From a virus, in the IMG/VR virus record IMGVR_UViG_3300012971_000007, positions 1 to 53,030 of that record: a DNA stretch of 53,030 nucleotides; one strand, written 5' to 3'. Both the position numbers and the translations under genes were made by a program. Under the pieces are notes generated by a model that saw nothing but the letters and a program-made list of their open reading frames with translations, had not been told where the DNA came from and made no database searches. Positions 41,613 to 49,449 of the stretch are shown in pieces. Position 1 is the first letter of the stretch, and every line of letters starts with the position of its first letter.

Positions 41613-42180
41613 CGAGAGCGGTCACCCGACGAACGACCCGGAGCAACTGTGGGCAGCGATTCACGAGCTGCGCACGATGAACAAGATGCAATTCGAAGAA
41701 GTCACCGACCTTCGCCAGCAGCTCGCCGCAGCCACGGATCGCGCTCTACAGTCGGAACGGGAGCAGACGAGGCTCGCCGAGGGGAAGGTGGCGGCGACGA
41801 TGCGGGCCAATGAAGCGGAGGCGCGGCTGAAGGTTGCCATGAAGTTGATGGACAAGGCTCGCGGCCAACTTGGCCCCGGCGACGCCTACGAAATCCTCGA
41901 CCGCGCCCTCACCAGCCTCACCCTACCTTCCCCGGTTAGCCCGACGACCTGCACCGACGAGCGTTGCAAGCAAAGGCTCAACTACGCACCCCATCCTTGG
42001 CACGACATTCAAACCGAGCAAAACACAGCCCTCAGTGCCCCCAGCAGAGTGGGGGAGACGACGTGTGGGACGTGTGCCGGCACTGGCCGCTACGTTCGCC
42101 CGAGTCCATCGACGACATTCGGACCATCGGTCAACTGCCCCACCTGCGGCGGTACTGGTAAGACTAAAGGAGCGCCATGA
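41605..42180 (+). CDS. Coiled-coil protein with a DnaJ-type CxxCxGxG zinc finger
   Basis: Contains CGTCAGTG...CPTCGGTG at the C-terminus. ATG 41605 overlaps the upstream gene by 8 nt. Confidence 0.6.
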   Translation: MSDESGHPTNDPEQLWAAIHELRTMNKMQFEEVTDLRQQLAAATDRALQSEREQTRLAEGKVAATMRANEAEARLKVAMKLMDKARGQLGPGDAYEILDRALTSLTLPSPVSPTTCTDERCKQRLNYAPHPWHDIQTEQNTALSAPSRVGETTCGTCAGTGRYVRPSPSTTFGPSVNCPTCGGTGKTKGAP

Positions 42181-42374
42181 CAATCGTCCACGCCTGCACG
42201 ATCGCCAAGCCAGGCGACACGCTGCAACGGGAAGACAGCAAGCGGACGTTTATCGTCGGGAGCAGTAAGAAACCGCAACTCCTCGTCGATCACTATGGAC
42301 AGGCGGCGGCATTCTTCACCGACGATCTAACCGCCGACGATTGGGAAGTTATCAAGCGAGGATGGACGCCGTGA
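42177..42374 (+). CDS. Hypothetical protein (65 aa)
   Basis: Track ORF with an ATGA overlap. Confidence 0.5.
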   Translation: MTIVHACTIAKPGDTLQREDSKRTFIVGSSKKPQLLVDHYGQAAAFFTDDLTADDWEVIKRGWTP

Positions 42375-42625
42375 CGATGCGGGAGAGGCTCAGGAAAATA
42401 TCCGCCGAACAGCAACGAGCGGCCGAATATGGCGAGGTAATGGGGATGCCGCACGATGGCGTTCTAGAGAACGTGCATTGGCTAAATGAGCTGGCGCGGC
42501 GCCTCGACGAAGAAGAGAAGCGGGCGAGGGACACCGTCGCAACTTGTCAGTATGTCGAAGAAGCCAGGGAGGCGCGAGCCCAACTAGTCGTACTTCGCCG
42601 CCTCGACGCTGAGGTAGAGACGTGA
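42371..42625 (+). CDS. Hypothetical protein (84 aa), ends DAEVET
   Basis: GTGA overlap. In frame with track ORF 42341-42625. Confidence 0.5.
   Translation: MTMRERLRKISAEQQRAAEYGEVMGMPHDGVLENVHWLNELARRLDEEEKRARDTVATCQYVEEAREARAQLVVLRRLDAEVET
42605..42622 (+). repeat. 18-bp junction repeat gacgctgaggtagagacg, copy 1
   Basis: Exact copy also at 42772-42789. Each copy ends a gene and precedes a GTGA restart. Confidence 0.8.
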
Positions 42626-42795
42626 CGACCAGAATCCCCGCCAAAGAAGCATGCGAACAAGGCGTCTGCACTTGCGGCCACCCAGCTGGCCATCACGACG
42701 ACGAGCCTCACGGCTGCTGGGACTGCGATTGCGAGTCGTGGTCACAGAACGACTGGCCCGACGACGATGCCGACGCTGAGGTAGAGACGCCGTGA
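42622..42795 (+). CDS. Cys/His/Asp-rich mini-protein (57 aa), ends DAEVETP
   Basis: GTGA overlaps at both ends. Contains CEQGVCTCGHPAGHHDDEPHGCWDCDCESW. Confidence 0.4.
   Translation: MTTRIPAKEACEQGVCTCGHPAGHHDDEPHGCWDCDCESWSQNDWPDDDADAEVETP
42772..42789 (+). repeat. 18-bp junction repeat, copy 2
   Basis: Identical to 42605-42622. Confidence 0.8.
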
Positions 42796-42983
42796 AACCC
42801 GTCAGCGCTTCGATCGCCTACGACGGCAGACGGTCCATTCGTGGCAAGCGAACCGGCCCAGCCGTCTCGCACCTGATCGTCGTCACCGACACCGGCCAGA
42901 TCTTCGAACGCTTCTCCGACATGCCAGCCAACGAGTGGGGAGAGATTACGCCGCCGGCAAAACGCCAGCGCCGGAGGCGTTGA
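42792..42983 (+). CDS. Hypothetical protein (63 aa)
   Basis: Track ORF with a GTG start. Confidence 0.45.
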   Translation: MKPVSASIAYDGRRSIRGKRTGPAVSHLIVVTDTGQIFERFSDMPANEWGEITPPAKRQRRRR

Positions 42984-43137
42984 CCGCCAAGCAAGTTGTA
43001 GTTTCGAAACGATCGCGGCGTCAAAGTTCTGACGCACGCAAACCGCACCGCTAAACGGCAAGGGGGCCGTGGAGCATGGAGACGGTTTCGTTACAGCGGA
43101 TCCTTATAAGTTACGCTGAACAAACTGTCACCCCCGT

Positions 43138-44382
43138 TTGCCCCTTCCGGGGTCTTCGGACTTCCTAGTAGTTTCCCATGGGTCCGTGCCCCCCAGAGTC
43201 CGAAGGATCGCAGGTGCGCTTGTGCTGACGTCGCTGGCCAGCGTCACGGCTGCGTACGAATCCGCTGCGGCGCAGATCGTACAACTTCGCCAGTCGCTAG
43301 ATGAGTCGTACGACGAGAACAAAGAGCTGCGGCGAACGGTTGCCAGTCAGGGCCGGCTGCTGTCGAGGCTCGCGTCGGAGACGTCACCGACGGCGCCAAG
43401 CATCAACTGTGTCTACTGGCTGTATTCAGAAGCCCGCCGGCACGAGCGATCCTGGGATCACGTCTGGCAGCGGGTGACGCCGCTGCTGCGACGATACGGC
43501 GAGCTGCCCGCGCCTGAGTTGAACCCAGTGCGCTGGGAACAACACCGGGCGATCCGCCGGCTGGAACCAGATCGGCGCGGGGCGATGCCGCACGAGTACA
43601 CGCTGAACATCGAGCTGACCAGGGCCAAGGAGATGCTCAACTGGGCGGTTGCGAACGGGATGATCCTGTTCAATCCCCTGGCGCCGGCCAGGAACGTCAG
43701 GACGGTATGCGAACGAGAGACTCGGCTACGCTCGGATGACGTCGACCGGCTGCTGCGAGCCTGCGCGGCACTGAAGGACGAGCGGCGCGGGAAGGACGAC
43801 GGGAGACGGGCGGCGCTGCTGCGCGCCTTCGTGCTCTGCTGCTTCGACAGCATGCTCCGGTTCAATGAGGCCCGACACCTGCGGCGGGACCTGATTGGGA
43901 AGGACGGGATCTACACGCTGTCCTGGACCACGACGAAGAACCGGAAGGCGCGGACGGTGGTGCTGACGCCCAGGACGCTGGCGGCGATCGAAGCCGTTCA
44001 ACCGACCCCCGGGACAAATTACGTATTCGCCAGTAACGACACGGGAATCCTGATCGGGGAGACGTTCTTCCGCCGGTTCTTCCGTCGGGCCTGTAAGGCG
44101 TCCGGGATCGACGCGCGCTGTGCGCCAGGCGATCGGCGGATCGTCGTCCATCACCTGCGCCATGCCGGGGCGTCCGAAGCCGACGAAGCCGGAGCCCGGC
44201 CTGGCGCCATCAAAGACGCCCTCGGCCATTCCCGCCTGGCCACGACCGAGAAGTACCTACATCGGGAACGGACGGAGAGCGCCAGACATGTTGCCGAGCG
44301 GATGGTGGCCGCTGCCGGTCGCCGGCCACCCCAGCGAGCAAAACGGAAGGCTGGGCACAAGAAACTGGCGAAAGATTCTTGA
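43138..44382 (+). CDS. int: Tyrosine recombinase / integrase (start uncertain)
   Basis: Contains MLRFNEARHL (Arg), VVHHLRHAG (HxxR) and LGHSRLATTEKYLH (His...Tyr). The track start is a TTG. Confidence 0.85.
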   Translation: MPLPGSSDFLVVSHGSVPPRVRRIAGALVLTSLASVTAAYESAAAQIVQLRQSLDESYDENKELRRTVASQGRLLSRLASETSPTAPSINCVYWLYSEARRHERSWDHVWQRVTPLLRRYGELPAPELNPVRWEQHRAIRRLEPDRRGAMPHEYTLNIELTRAKEMLNWAVANGMILFNPLAPARNVRTVCERETRLRSDDVDRLLRACAALKDERRGKDDGRRAALLRAFVLCCFDSMLRFNEARHLRRDLIGKDGIYTLSWTTTKNRKARTVVLTPRTLAAIEAVQPTPGTNYVFASNDTGILIGETFFRRFFRRACKASGIDARCAPGDRRIVVHHLRHAGASEADEAGARPGAIKDALGHSRLATTEKYLHRERTESARHVAERMVAAAGRRPPQRAKRKAGHKKLAKDS

Positions 44383-44612
44383 CAGCTCAACCTGCGTCGG
44401 TGCACAACCATCCAGCCGGCACATGGAACGTCGAACCCCGAAGCGGCCCCCGCACCCAGCACGAACAGTGCCGGCAAAGTGCTTTTCGGCGGGTGCGTGG
44501 CCGGCTTCTAGGCCCGACGTCTGACACGGAGGTAGGCAGTGGAACTGGCTGGTACTGGATCCATCCCAACTGGATCGGTGAAACGCGCAGGGCGCGCGCA
44601 GCGGGGCGTTTC

Positions 44613-44987
44613 TTGACGCTGGCGTATCCGAAGCCCACGCGCGCCGAGAAGAAGCGGCAGCCGCTGCGGCGTAAAGCCCGGATGCGGCGCCGTGCGCCCC
44701 GCCGGCTGCTGAAGGCCGGGTCGGAGCCGCGCTACCTGGCCTGGGTTCGGACCCTGCCGTGCCTGATCGCGAACACCTGCTGGGGCGGGACACACGCCCA
44801 CCACGCGATTCATCTGTCGCAGGGCGGCACCGACGCAGACGCCATCCCGCTGTGCATGCGGCATCACGCCCACTGGCACAACCCCATCTCGGGCGTGTTC
44901 AAGGGCTGGTCGAAGATGGAGCGCTGGGCCTGGTCGCTCACCCAGATCGCCGGTATCCGGGCTCGCTACGCGGCGGTGGCGGCATGA
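44613..44987 (+). CDS. DUF968 / HNH-type nuclease-like protein (start uncertain; the track ORF begins at TTG 44379)
   Basis: Contains YLAWVRTLPCLI...THAHHAIH...DADAIPLCMRHHAHWH. The codons of 44379-44612 have visibly lower GC3 than neighbouring genes. Confidence 0.55.
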   Translation: MTLAYPKPTRAEKKRQPLRRKARMRRRAPRRLLKAGSEPRYLAWVRTLPCLIANTCWGGTHAHHAIHLSQGGTDADAIPLCMRHHAHWHNPISGVFKGWSKMERWAWSLTQIAGIRARYAAVAA

Positions 44988-45433
44988 AGGCCGACGCGCT
45001 CATGTCCGACGTCGAGCTGGTGCGGCTGTTCTCCGAGGCGCGGCGCACCATGGAACTGTCTAAGGCGCTGCGCCTGGTGATCGTCGAAGCCGACCGCCGA
45101 CGGAAAGACGGGCTGTCGCTGACTGCGTTGCCCATCGTCGATCTCGTCGCTGCCATGCACAACACGACGCGCGAGGCGCTGGTGGGCAGGCAGGGTGGCC
45201 CCGGGGCCTTCCAGCTCGGGCGCCCCCGGGCGATCTGCTGGTGGCTGCTTCACTACCGGTTCGGGATGTCCTATCCCGCCCTCGGGGAAGCCTTCGGCGG
45301 ACGTCACCACGCCACGGTGCTGCGCTTGACGGCGCGCTTCAACGAAGAGGTGAAGGCAGACGAAGACCTGCGCCAGCAGCTTGCCGAAATTGAAGCGGCG
45401 GCCTGGGGCCAGATTGGGAAGAAGGTGGCCTGA
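44984..45433 (+). CDS. DnaA C-terminal-domain-like DNA-binding protein
   Basis: RPRAICWWLLHYRFGMSYPALGEAFGGRHHATVLRLTARF matches the DnaA domain IV pattern. Confidence 0.65.
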   Translation: MKADALMSDVELVRLFSEARRTMELSKALRLVIVEADRRRKDGLSLTALPIVDLVAAMHNTTREALVGRQGGPGAFQLGRPRAICWWLLHYRFGMSYPALGEAFGGRHHATVLRLTARFNEEVKADEDLRQQLAEIEAAAWGQIGKKVA

Positions 45434-45435
45434 AG

Positions 45436-46353
45436 ATGGCGTTCGTGAAACTTCACCGCGCGATCTTGGATTCCACCGTCTGGATGGACCGTGACGTGCG
45501 CGACGTTTTCATCACGTCGCTGCTCATGGCCGATCCGCGCGAGCTGAAGGTACGGACGCCGACGATCAAGATCGCCAGCCTTCATCTGGACGAATTCATC
45601 GTCCCGCCTGGTTGGTACGGGTTCGTCCGGGCGGCATCGACGGGGATCATCCACCGCACCCAGATCGCCCGTAAGAAAGGGATGGCTGCCCTAGAAGTGC
45701 TGGCGTCGCCCGACTTCGAGAGCAAATCAAAGGAGCACGACGGTCGGCGGATGGTTCGGATCGATGGCGGTTTTATCATCCTGAATTACTTCAAATTCCG
45801 AGAACGGGACGAGACGGCGGCAGAGCGGATGCGCCGCTTTCGTTGCAAGCAACAGCCAGTTACGCCTGTTACGGCCAGTCACGCCGTAACAACGGCGAAC
45901 GTTACGCAGGCAGAAGCAGAAGCAGAAGCAGAAGCAGAGAGAGACAGATCTGAGGGGGCCAAGAGGAAGCTGACCGGGCACTTACTCTGCCAGGCGTTTT
46001 CGGCCATCAGGGCGAAGCAGGTCGGCGGGATCGAATGGCACAGCGTTCGGGTGGCCGGAGGTACTGCTGCCGACATGGCCGATTTGATTAACCGTACGGG
46101 CGCTCGGGCAGACGTCGAGCCGACGATTGCGCTGCTGTTTGAACGTGCAAAGGCGGGGAAGGCCGGAGACAAGTCGGCAGAGATTGTCAGGAGCGGGTCA
46201 TTCGCCTTCGGCGCCTGGTGTTCGCAATGGACTGAGCTGCGGGAAGAATTGCACCGGAAGACACCGGTCAGGCAGGTAGATGTCAGATCGGTCGAAGCGA
46301 CAGACGCGAAGATCAATGAACTGCGGGCGATCCAGAAGGCGATGTACGGATGA
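45436..46353 (+). CDS. Replication-organizer / initiator-like protein
   Basis: The N-terminus MAFVKLHRAILDSTVW resembles phage replisome organizers. Iterons and a hexamer repeat are embedded mid-gene. Confidence 0.6.
   Translation: MAFVKLHRAILDSTVWMDRDVRDVFITSLLMADPRELKVRTPTIKIASLHLDEFIVPPGWYGFVRAASTGIIHRTQIARKKGMAALEVLASPDFESKSKEHDGRRMVRIDGGFIILNYFKFRERDETAAERMRRFRCKQQPVTPVTASHAVTTANVTQAEAEAEAEAERDRSEGAKRKLTGHLLCQAFSAIRAKQVGGIEWHSVRVAGGTAADMADLINRTGARADVEPTIALLFERAKAGKAGDKSAEIVRSGSFAFGAWCSQWTELREELHRKTPVRQVDVRSVEATDAKINELRAIQKAMYG
45859..45907 (+). repeat. Iteron-like GTTACG(C/G) cluster (candidate origin)
   Basis: GTTACGCC, GTTACGGCC, GTCACGCC, an inverted GTAAC and GTTACGC all lie within 49 bp. 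Confidence 0.5.
45910..45939 (+). repeat. (GCAGAA)x4 plus one imperfect unit
   Basis: Read directly from the sequence. It encodes AEAEAEAEAE inside the replication gene. Confidence 0.85.
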
Positions 46354-46697
46354 TCAAACGCGGGACGAAGGAGAGCTGGCAAGCCGGACGCGAGATCGGG
46401 ATGATCTGTTGGCGCCTCGGCCAAGCACTCGGCTGCATGACGTGCGGCATCGGAGTGGCGATTGACGAGGTTGGGCGGCGGTACGGCGAGGAACCGTACA
46501 ACTGGCGGGATCTAGATGCCAGCGGTGGACACGACTGCGAGAACATTCGCAATGGTCTGACGGCGGAAAAACAGGCCGAAGTGGATCGGCTCGCGCGCCA
46601 TCTCGGCAACTCACAACAGAAGCTGCTTCCCGGTGTGGCGGATCGCGATCTCGGCGACGGCGACGAAGAGGACTTCGAATCGGAGAAGATCCATTGA
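46350..46697 (+). CDS. Hypothetical protein (115 aa)
   Basis: Track ORF with an ATGA overlap. Confidence 0.55.
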   Translation: MIKRGTKESWQAGREIGMICWRLGQALGCMTCGIGVAIDEVGRRYGEEPYNWRDLDASGGHDCENIRNGLTAEKQAEVDRLARHLGNSQQKLLPGVADRDLGDGDEEDFESEKIH

Positions 46698-47014
46698 GCC
46701 GCTGGCAAAAGCGGGAGCCGACCCTGCGCGCCGCCGGTATCTGTGTCCGGTGCATGAGCAGGCGTTCAGAGGGATTCGCGACCTGTCCGCGCTGCCGCCA
46801 CGGATTTGTCAAGCGAGACGCTGACAGGCGGGCCAGAAATCTCTGCACGACCTGTGGCGGGTCATTGCCAGATCTCGCCTACCGCAACTGTGGCGACTGC
46901 CGGGCGCGCGGCGCGAACCGGAGACGAATGCAACGCGGAAGCCTTACGGCAACGACGGCGCGGTGCGGCCGGTGTCAGCTACTCGAACCGCACGTTTGCA
47001 TGGGGGCATCATGA
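46694..47014 (+). CDS. Multi-CxxC zinc-finger protein (106 aa)
   Basis: TTGA overlap. Contains CVRC...CPRC...CTTCG...CGDC...CGRC. Confidence 0.5.
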   Translation: MSRWQKREPTLRAAGICVRCMSRRSEGFATCPRCRHGFVKRDADRRARNLCTTCGGSLPDLAYRNCGDCRARGANRRRMQRGSLTATTARCGRCQLLEPHVCMGAS

Positions 47015-47142
47015 ATCTGATTCAGATCCTGCGGCATGTTCAGGGCTACCGCTCTGACGGCCCGAGCTGGTTCGAGCGCCGCCTGGTGCTGCTAATCGTC
47101 CTGTCGACCGTGGGCGCCGTGATCGCGCTAGTGAATCCATGA
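47011..47142 (+). CDS. 43-aa single-TM peptide
   Basis: ATGA overlaps on both sides. Contains RRLVLLIVLSTVGAVIALV. Confidence 0.4.
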   Translation: MNLIQILRHVQGYRSDGPSWFERRLVLLIVLSTVGAVIALVNP

Positions 47143-47369
47143 TCAGGAGAATGTCAGCTAGGCAGATGGAGCGCGTTGCCGAGCAGTGGCGGCAGAAAGC
47201 GGTCGAAGTCGAACGCGAAGCGCAAGCCCGCCAGCGGCAATTATGGCGGGAATCAGCGCCGGCCGTTCGTGCCTGGTACGAGATCGAACAGGTCAAGGGT
47301 TGCATGTCGCTCAACGCGCGGCAGAACGTCGAGAAGCTGATCGCCGATCTGGAGGCGGGCGGACGATGA
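47139..47369 (+). CDS. Hypothetical coiled-coil protein (76 aa)
   Basis: Track ORF. Confidence 0.5.
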   Translation: MIRRMSARQMERVAEQWRQKAVEVEREAQARQRQLWRESAPAVRAWYEIEQVKGCMSLNARQNVEKLIADLEAGGR

Positions 47370-47851
47370 GCGTCGCGACGATGCCCGCACAGAAGCCGGG
47401 CCGATCGAAGCAGGACTACGCCACGCCGCGCCCGTTCCTGGATGCAGTGGAACGGCGGTTCGGGCCGATCCGTCTCGACCTGGCCGCGCACCAGGACAAC
47501 CATGTATGTCCCGACTGGCTGGGGCCCGGCAGCACGAAGCCGGACGCCTTCAAGGTGCGCTGGTCGAATTACCCGGGCGTGCTCTGGCTGAACCCGCCGT
47601 TTGAGGACATCGCGCCCTGGGCTGAGATGGCGGCAGCGGAAGGCAGCAACGGCGCCCGTGTTGTCATGCTGGTCCCGGCAGCAGTCGGTTCCAACTGGTT
47701 CGCCGACCACGTCCACCACAAGGCCCTGGTGCTGGCGATCCGCCCTCGTCTCAGCTTCGATGGCGTCAACCCGTACCCGAAAGATCTGATGCTGGCCTGC
47801 TACGGCCCGTGGGTCGCGCCTGGCTTCGACTGCTGGAGGTGGGACCGATGA
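47366..47851 (+). CDS. dam: DNA N6-adenine methyltransferase (phage Dam family)
   Basis: Contains DYATPRPFLDAVERRFGPIRLDLAA, VLWLNPPF (motif IV) and VMLVPAAVGSNWF. Confidence 0.8.
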   Translation: MSVATMPAQKPGRSKQDYATPRPFLDAVERRFGPIRLDLAAHQDNHVCPDWLGPGSTKPDAFKVRWSNYPGVLWLNPPFEDIAPWAEMAAAEGSNGARVVMLVPAAVGSNWFADHVHHKALVLAIRPRLSFDGVNPYPKDLMLACYGPWVAPGFDCWRWDR

Positions 47852-48033
47852 GCCGCAAGCGCCAACCCGGCCCGCCTCCCCGCTTCGACGATCCATCCCC
47901 CGAAGACAAAGAACGGATGTTCGCCCGGGTGGAGAAGCTGGCCGCAATCGAACGCAAGGCGAAGGCAGAACGGATCGCAGACGCCGAAGCGTGGATCGCC
48001 GAGGTGCGGGCGAGGAAGAAGATCGCGACGTGA
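47848..48033 (+). CDS. Hypothetical protein (61 aa)
   Basis: ATGA overlap. Confidence 0.45.
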   Translation: MSRKRQPGPPPRFDDPSPEDKERMFARVEKLAAIERKAKAERIADAEAWIAEVRARKKIAT

Positions 48034-48650
48034 TGGTGATGATCGCCAACGTAACGGGCCACGAAGTCGGCGCGCTGATGGTGATGTATCCCGGCAGCCT
48101 GGGCCACCTCTATTCACCCGGAAAAGGGCGCGCGAAGATTTACGACTGGCAGCCATACGCACTGGATAACAAGTGCTTCCCGAAGGGGGAAGACTTCGAC
48201 GTCGCGGAATGGCGCGAGATGTTGCGATGGGCGTGCCTGTCGGGCGTGGAACCGCTCTGGGTGTTGGTTCCCGATTGGCCGTACAGCGCGGAACGCACAC
48301 TGGATCGGTGGAAGGAATTCTACCCGGAGGTCGCGCGCTATGGATTCCGACCAGCGTTCGCCGCACAGGACGGCATGACCTTCGCTGACGTTCCCGCTGA
48401 GGCGCACACGGTTTTTCTAGGAGGCGGCGACGACTGGAAGGATGCGGCGATTAGACCGTGGTGCGCCGCCTTCCCAGGGCGCGTTCACGTCGGGCGCGTC
48501 AATGGATCGGAGCGGCTATTGGCAGCCCATCACGCTGGAGCTGTTTCGGTCGACGGGAGCGGCTGGTTCACGAAGCACAACAACAAGCAGGGTGGGCAGT
48601 GGGGCGTGTTGATGAAGTACGTTCGCGAGACAGGCAGGCGCGCATCGTGA
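48033..48650 (+). CDS. Possible DpdA-like (TGT-fold) DNA transglycosylase; the function is tentative
   Basis: 205 aa translationally coupled to queE (GTGA). The segments VFLGGGDDWK and VSVDGSGWF are reminiscent of TGT-like proteins. The call rests mainly on context. Confidence 0.45.
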   Translation: MVMIANVTGHEVGALMVMYPGSLGHLYSPGKGRAKIYDWQPYALDNKCFPKGEDFDVAEWREMLRWACLSGVEPLWVLVPDWPYSAERTLDRWKEFYPEVARYGFRPAFAAQDGMTFADVPAEAHTVFLGGGDDWKDAAIRPWCAAFPGRVHVGRVNGSERLLAAHHAGAVSVDGSGWFTKHNNKQGGQWGVLMKYVRETGRRAS

Positions 48651-49252
48651 AGTACCCGATCACCTCCATCTTCCGCAGCCTACAAGGTGAAGGGCATTTC
48701 GTCGGCTATCCCACAACGTTCGTCCGCTTCGCTGGCTGTTCGGTAATGGAGTGCGGGATCCGATCGGTCTGCGACGAAGCGCCCTGGAAGGCGACGCAGA
48801 CACTGACAGCGGCAGAGATTGTTCACTGCGTCCGAAAAGAATGCCCAGCCGGGATAGTCTGCCTGACCGGCGGCGAACCGAGCGATCACGATCTGATCCC
48901 GGTCATCGACGCGCTTACCGAAGCGAAGTTCCGCGTCCACATCGAAACGAGTGGCATTCGCGAACTGCCAGGAATCCCGATCGAGTGGATCACGGTGTCA
49001 CCGAAGACCGCCGTCTTCCACCAGCGCATCGGACACGCGCTGAAGATCGTCGTGACACCCGGAATGGACTGGGGACAGATCCAGGCGCGCGACGAGAACA
49101 CGGCGTTCTTTCACCGTTACCTGCAACCGATGATGATGCCGGACGGGCACACGAACATCGCTGACGTAATCGCGATGCTGCAATCCTGGGATAACTACCA
49201 GGGACGTTGGGCACTCTCGACACAGGCACACAAGACGTGGGGCGTGATGTGA
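48647..49252 (+). CDS. queE: 7-carboxy-7-deazaguanine synthase (radical SAM QueE)
   Basis: Contains YPITSIFRSLQGEGHFVGYPTTFVRFAGC, CLTGGEP, HIETSG, WITVSPK and LSTQAHKTWGV, which line up with the recalled E. coli QueE sequence. Confidence 0.85.
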   Translation: MKYPITSIFRSLQGEGHFVGYPTTFVRFAGCSVMECGIRSVCDEAPWKATQTLTAAEIVHCVRKECPAGIVCLTGGEPSDHDLIPVIDALTEAKFRVHIETSGIRELPGIPIEWITVSPKTAVFHQRIGHALKIVVTPGMDWGQIQARDENTAFFHRYLQPMMMPDGHTNIADVIAMLQSWDNYQGRWALSTQAHKTWGVM

Positions 49253-49449
49253 TGGGCGTCCGCCGTGAAGAACGGATGGCGCAGGCGACCGCCCAGCGAA
49301 GCCTCGATAACTGGTACGCCGAGCGCGGCAGCCGGGACATGTCCGCCCCGCCAGCCAACACCAACCACAACCCGTGCACCACATGCGGCAGGCCCAGCTT
49401 CTCCCGTGGTCGCTACTGCGCCGACTGCTTCCCCAAGGTGATCTCGTGA
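49252..49449 (+). CDS. Small zinc-ribbon protein (65 aa)
   Basis: TGATG overlap. Contains CTTCG...CADC. Confidence 0.5.
   Translation: MGVRREERMAQATAQRSLDNWYAERGSRDMSAPPANTNHNPCTTCGRPSFSRGRYCADCFPKVIS

Noticed and set aside
44425-44450. 'cgtcgaacccc' downstream of int as a reverse-strand tRNA T-arm (attP core).
   Set aside because: The flanks cannot form a T stem or an acceptor stem, so only the loop-like pentamer matches.
44379-44612. Full-length 202-aa version of the DUF968-like ORF starting at TTG 44379 (TTGA overlap with int).
   Set aside because: The first 78 codons have visibly lower third-position GC than neighbouring genes and no recognisable motif. It is kept only as an alternative start.
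45910-45939. The (GCAGAA)n tract as a CRISPR-like or other array.
   Set aside because: It consists of contiguous 6-bp units without spacers, lies inside a coding frame and encodes (AE)n. It is a simple microsatellite.
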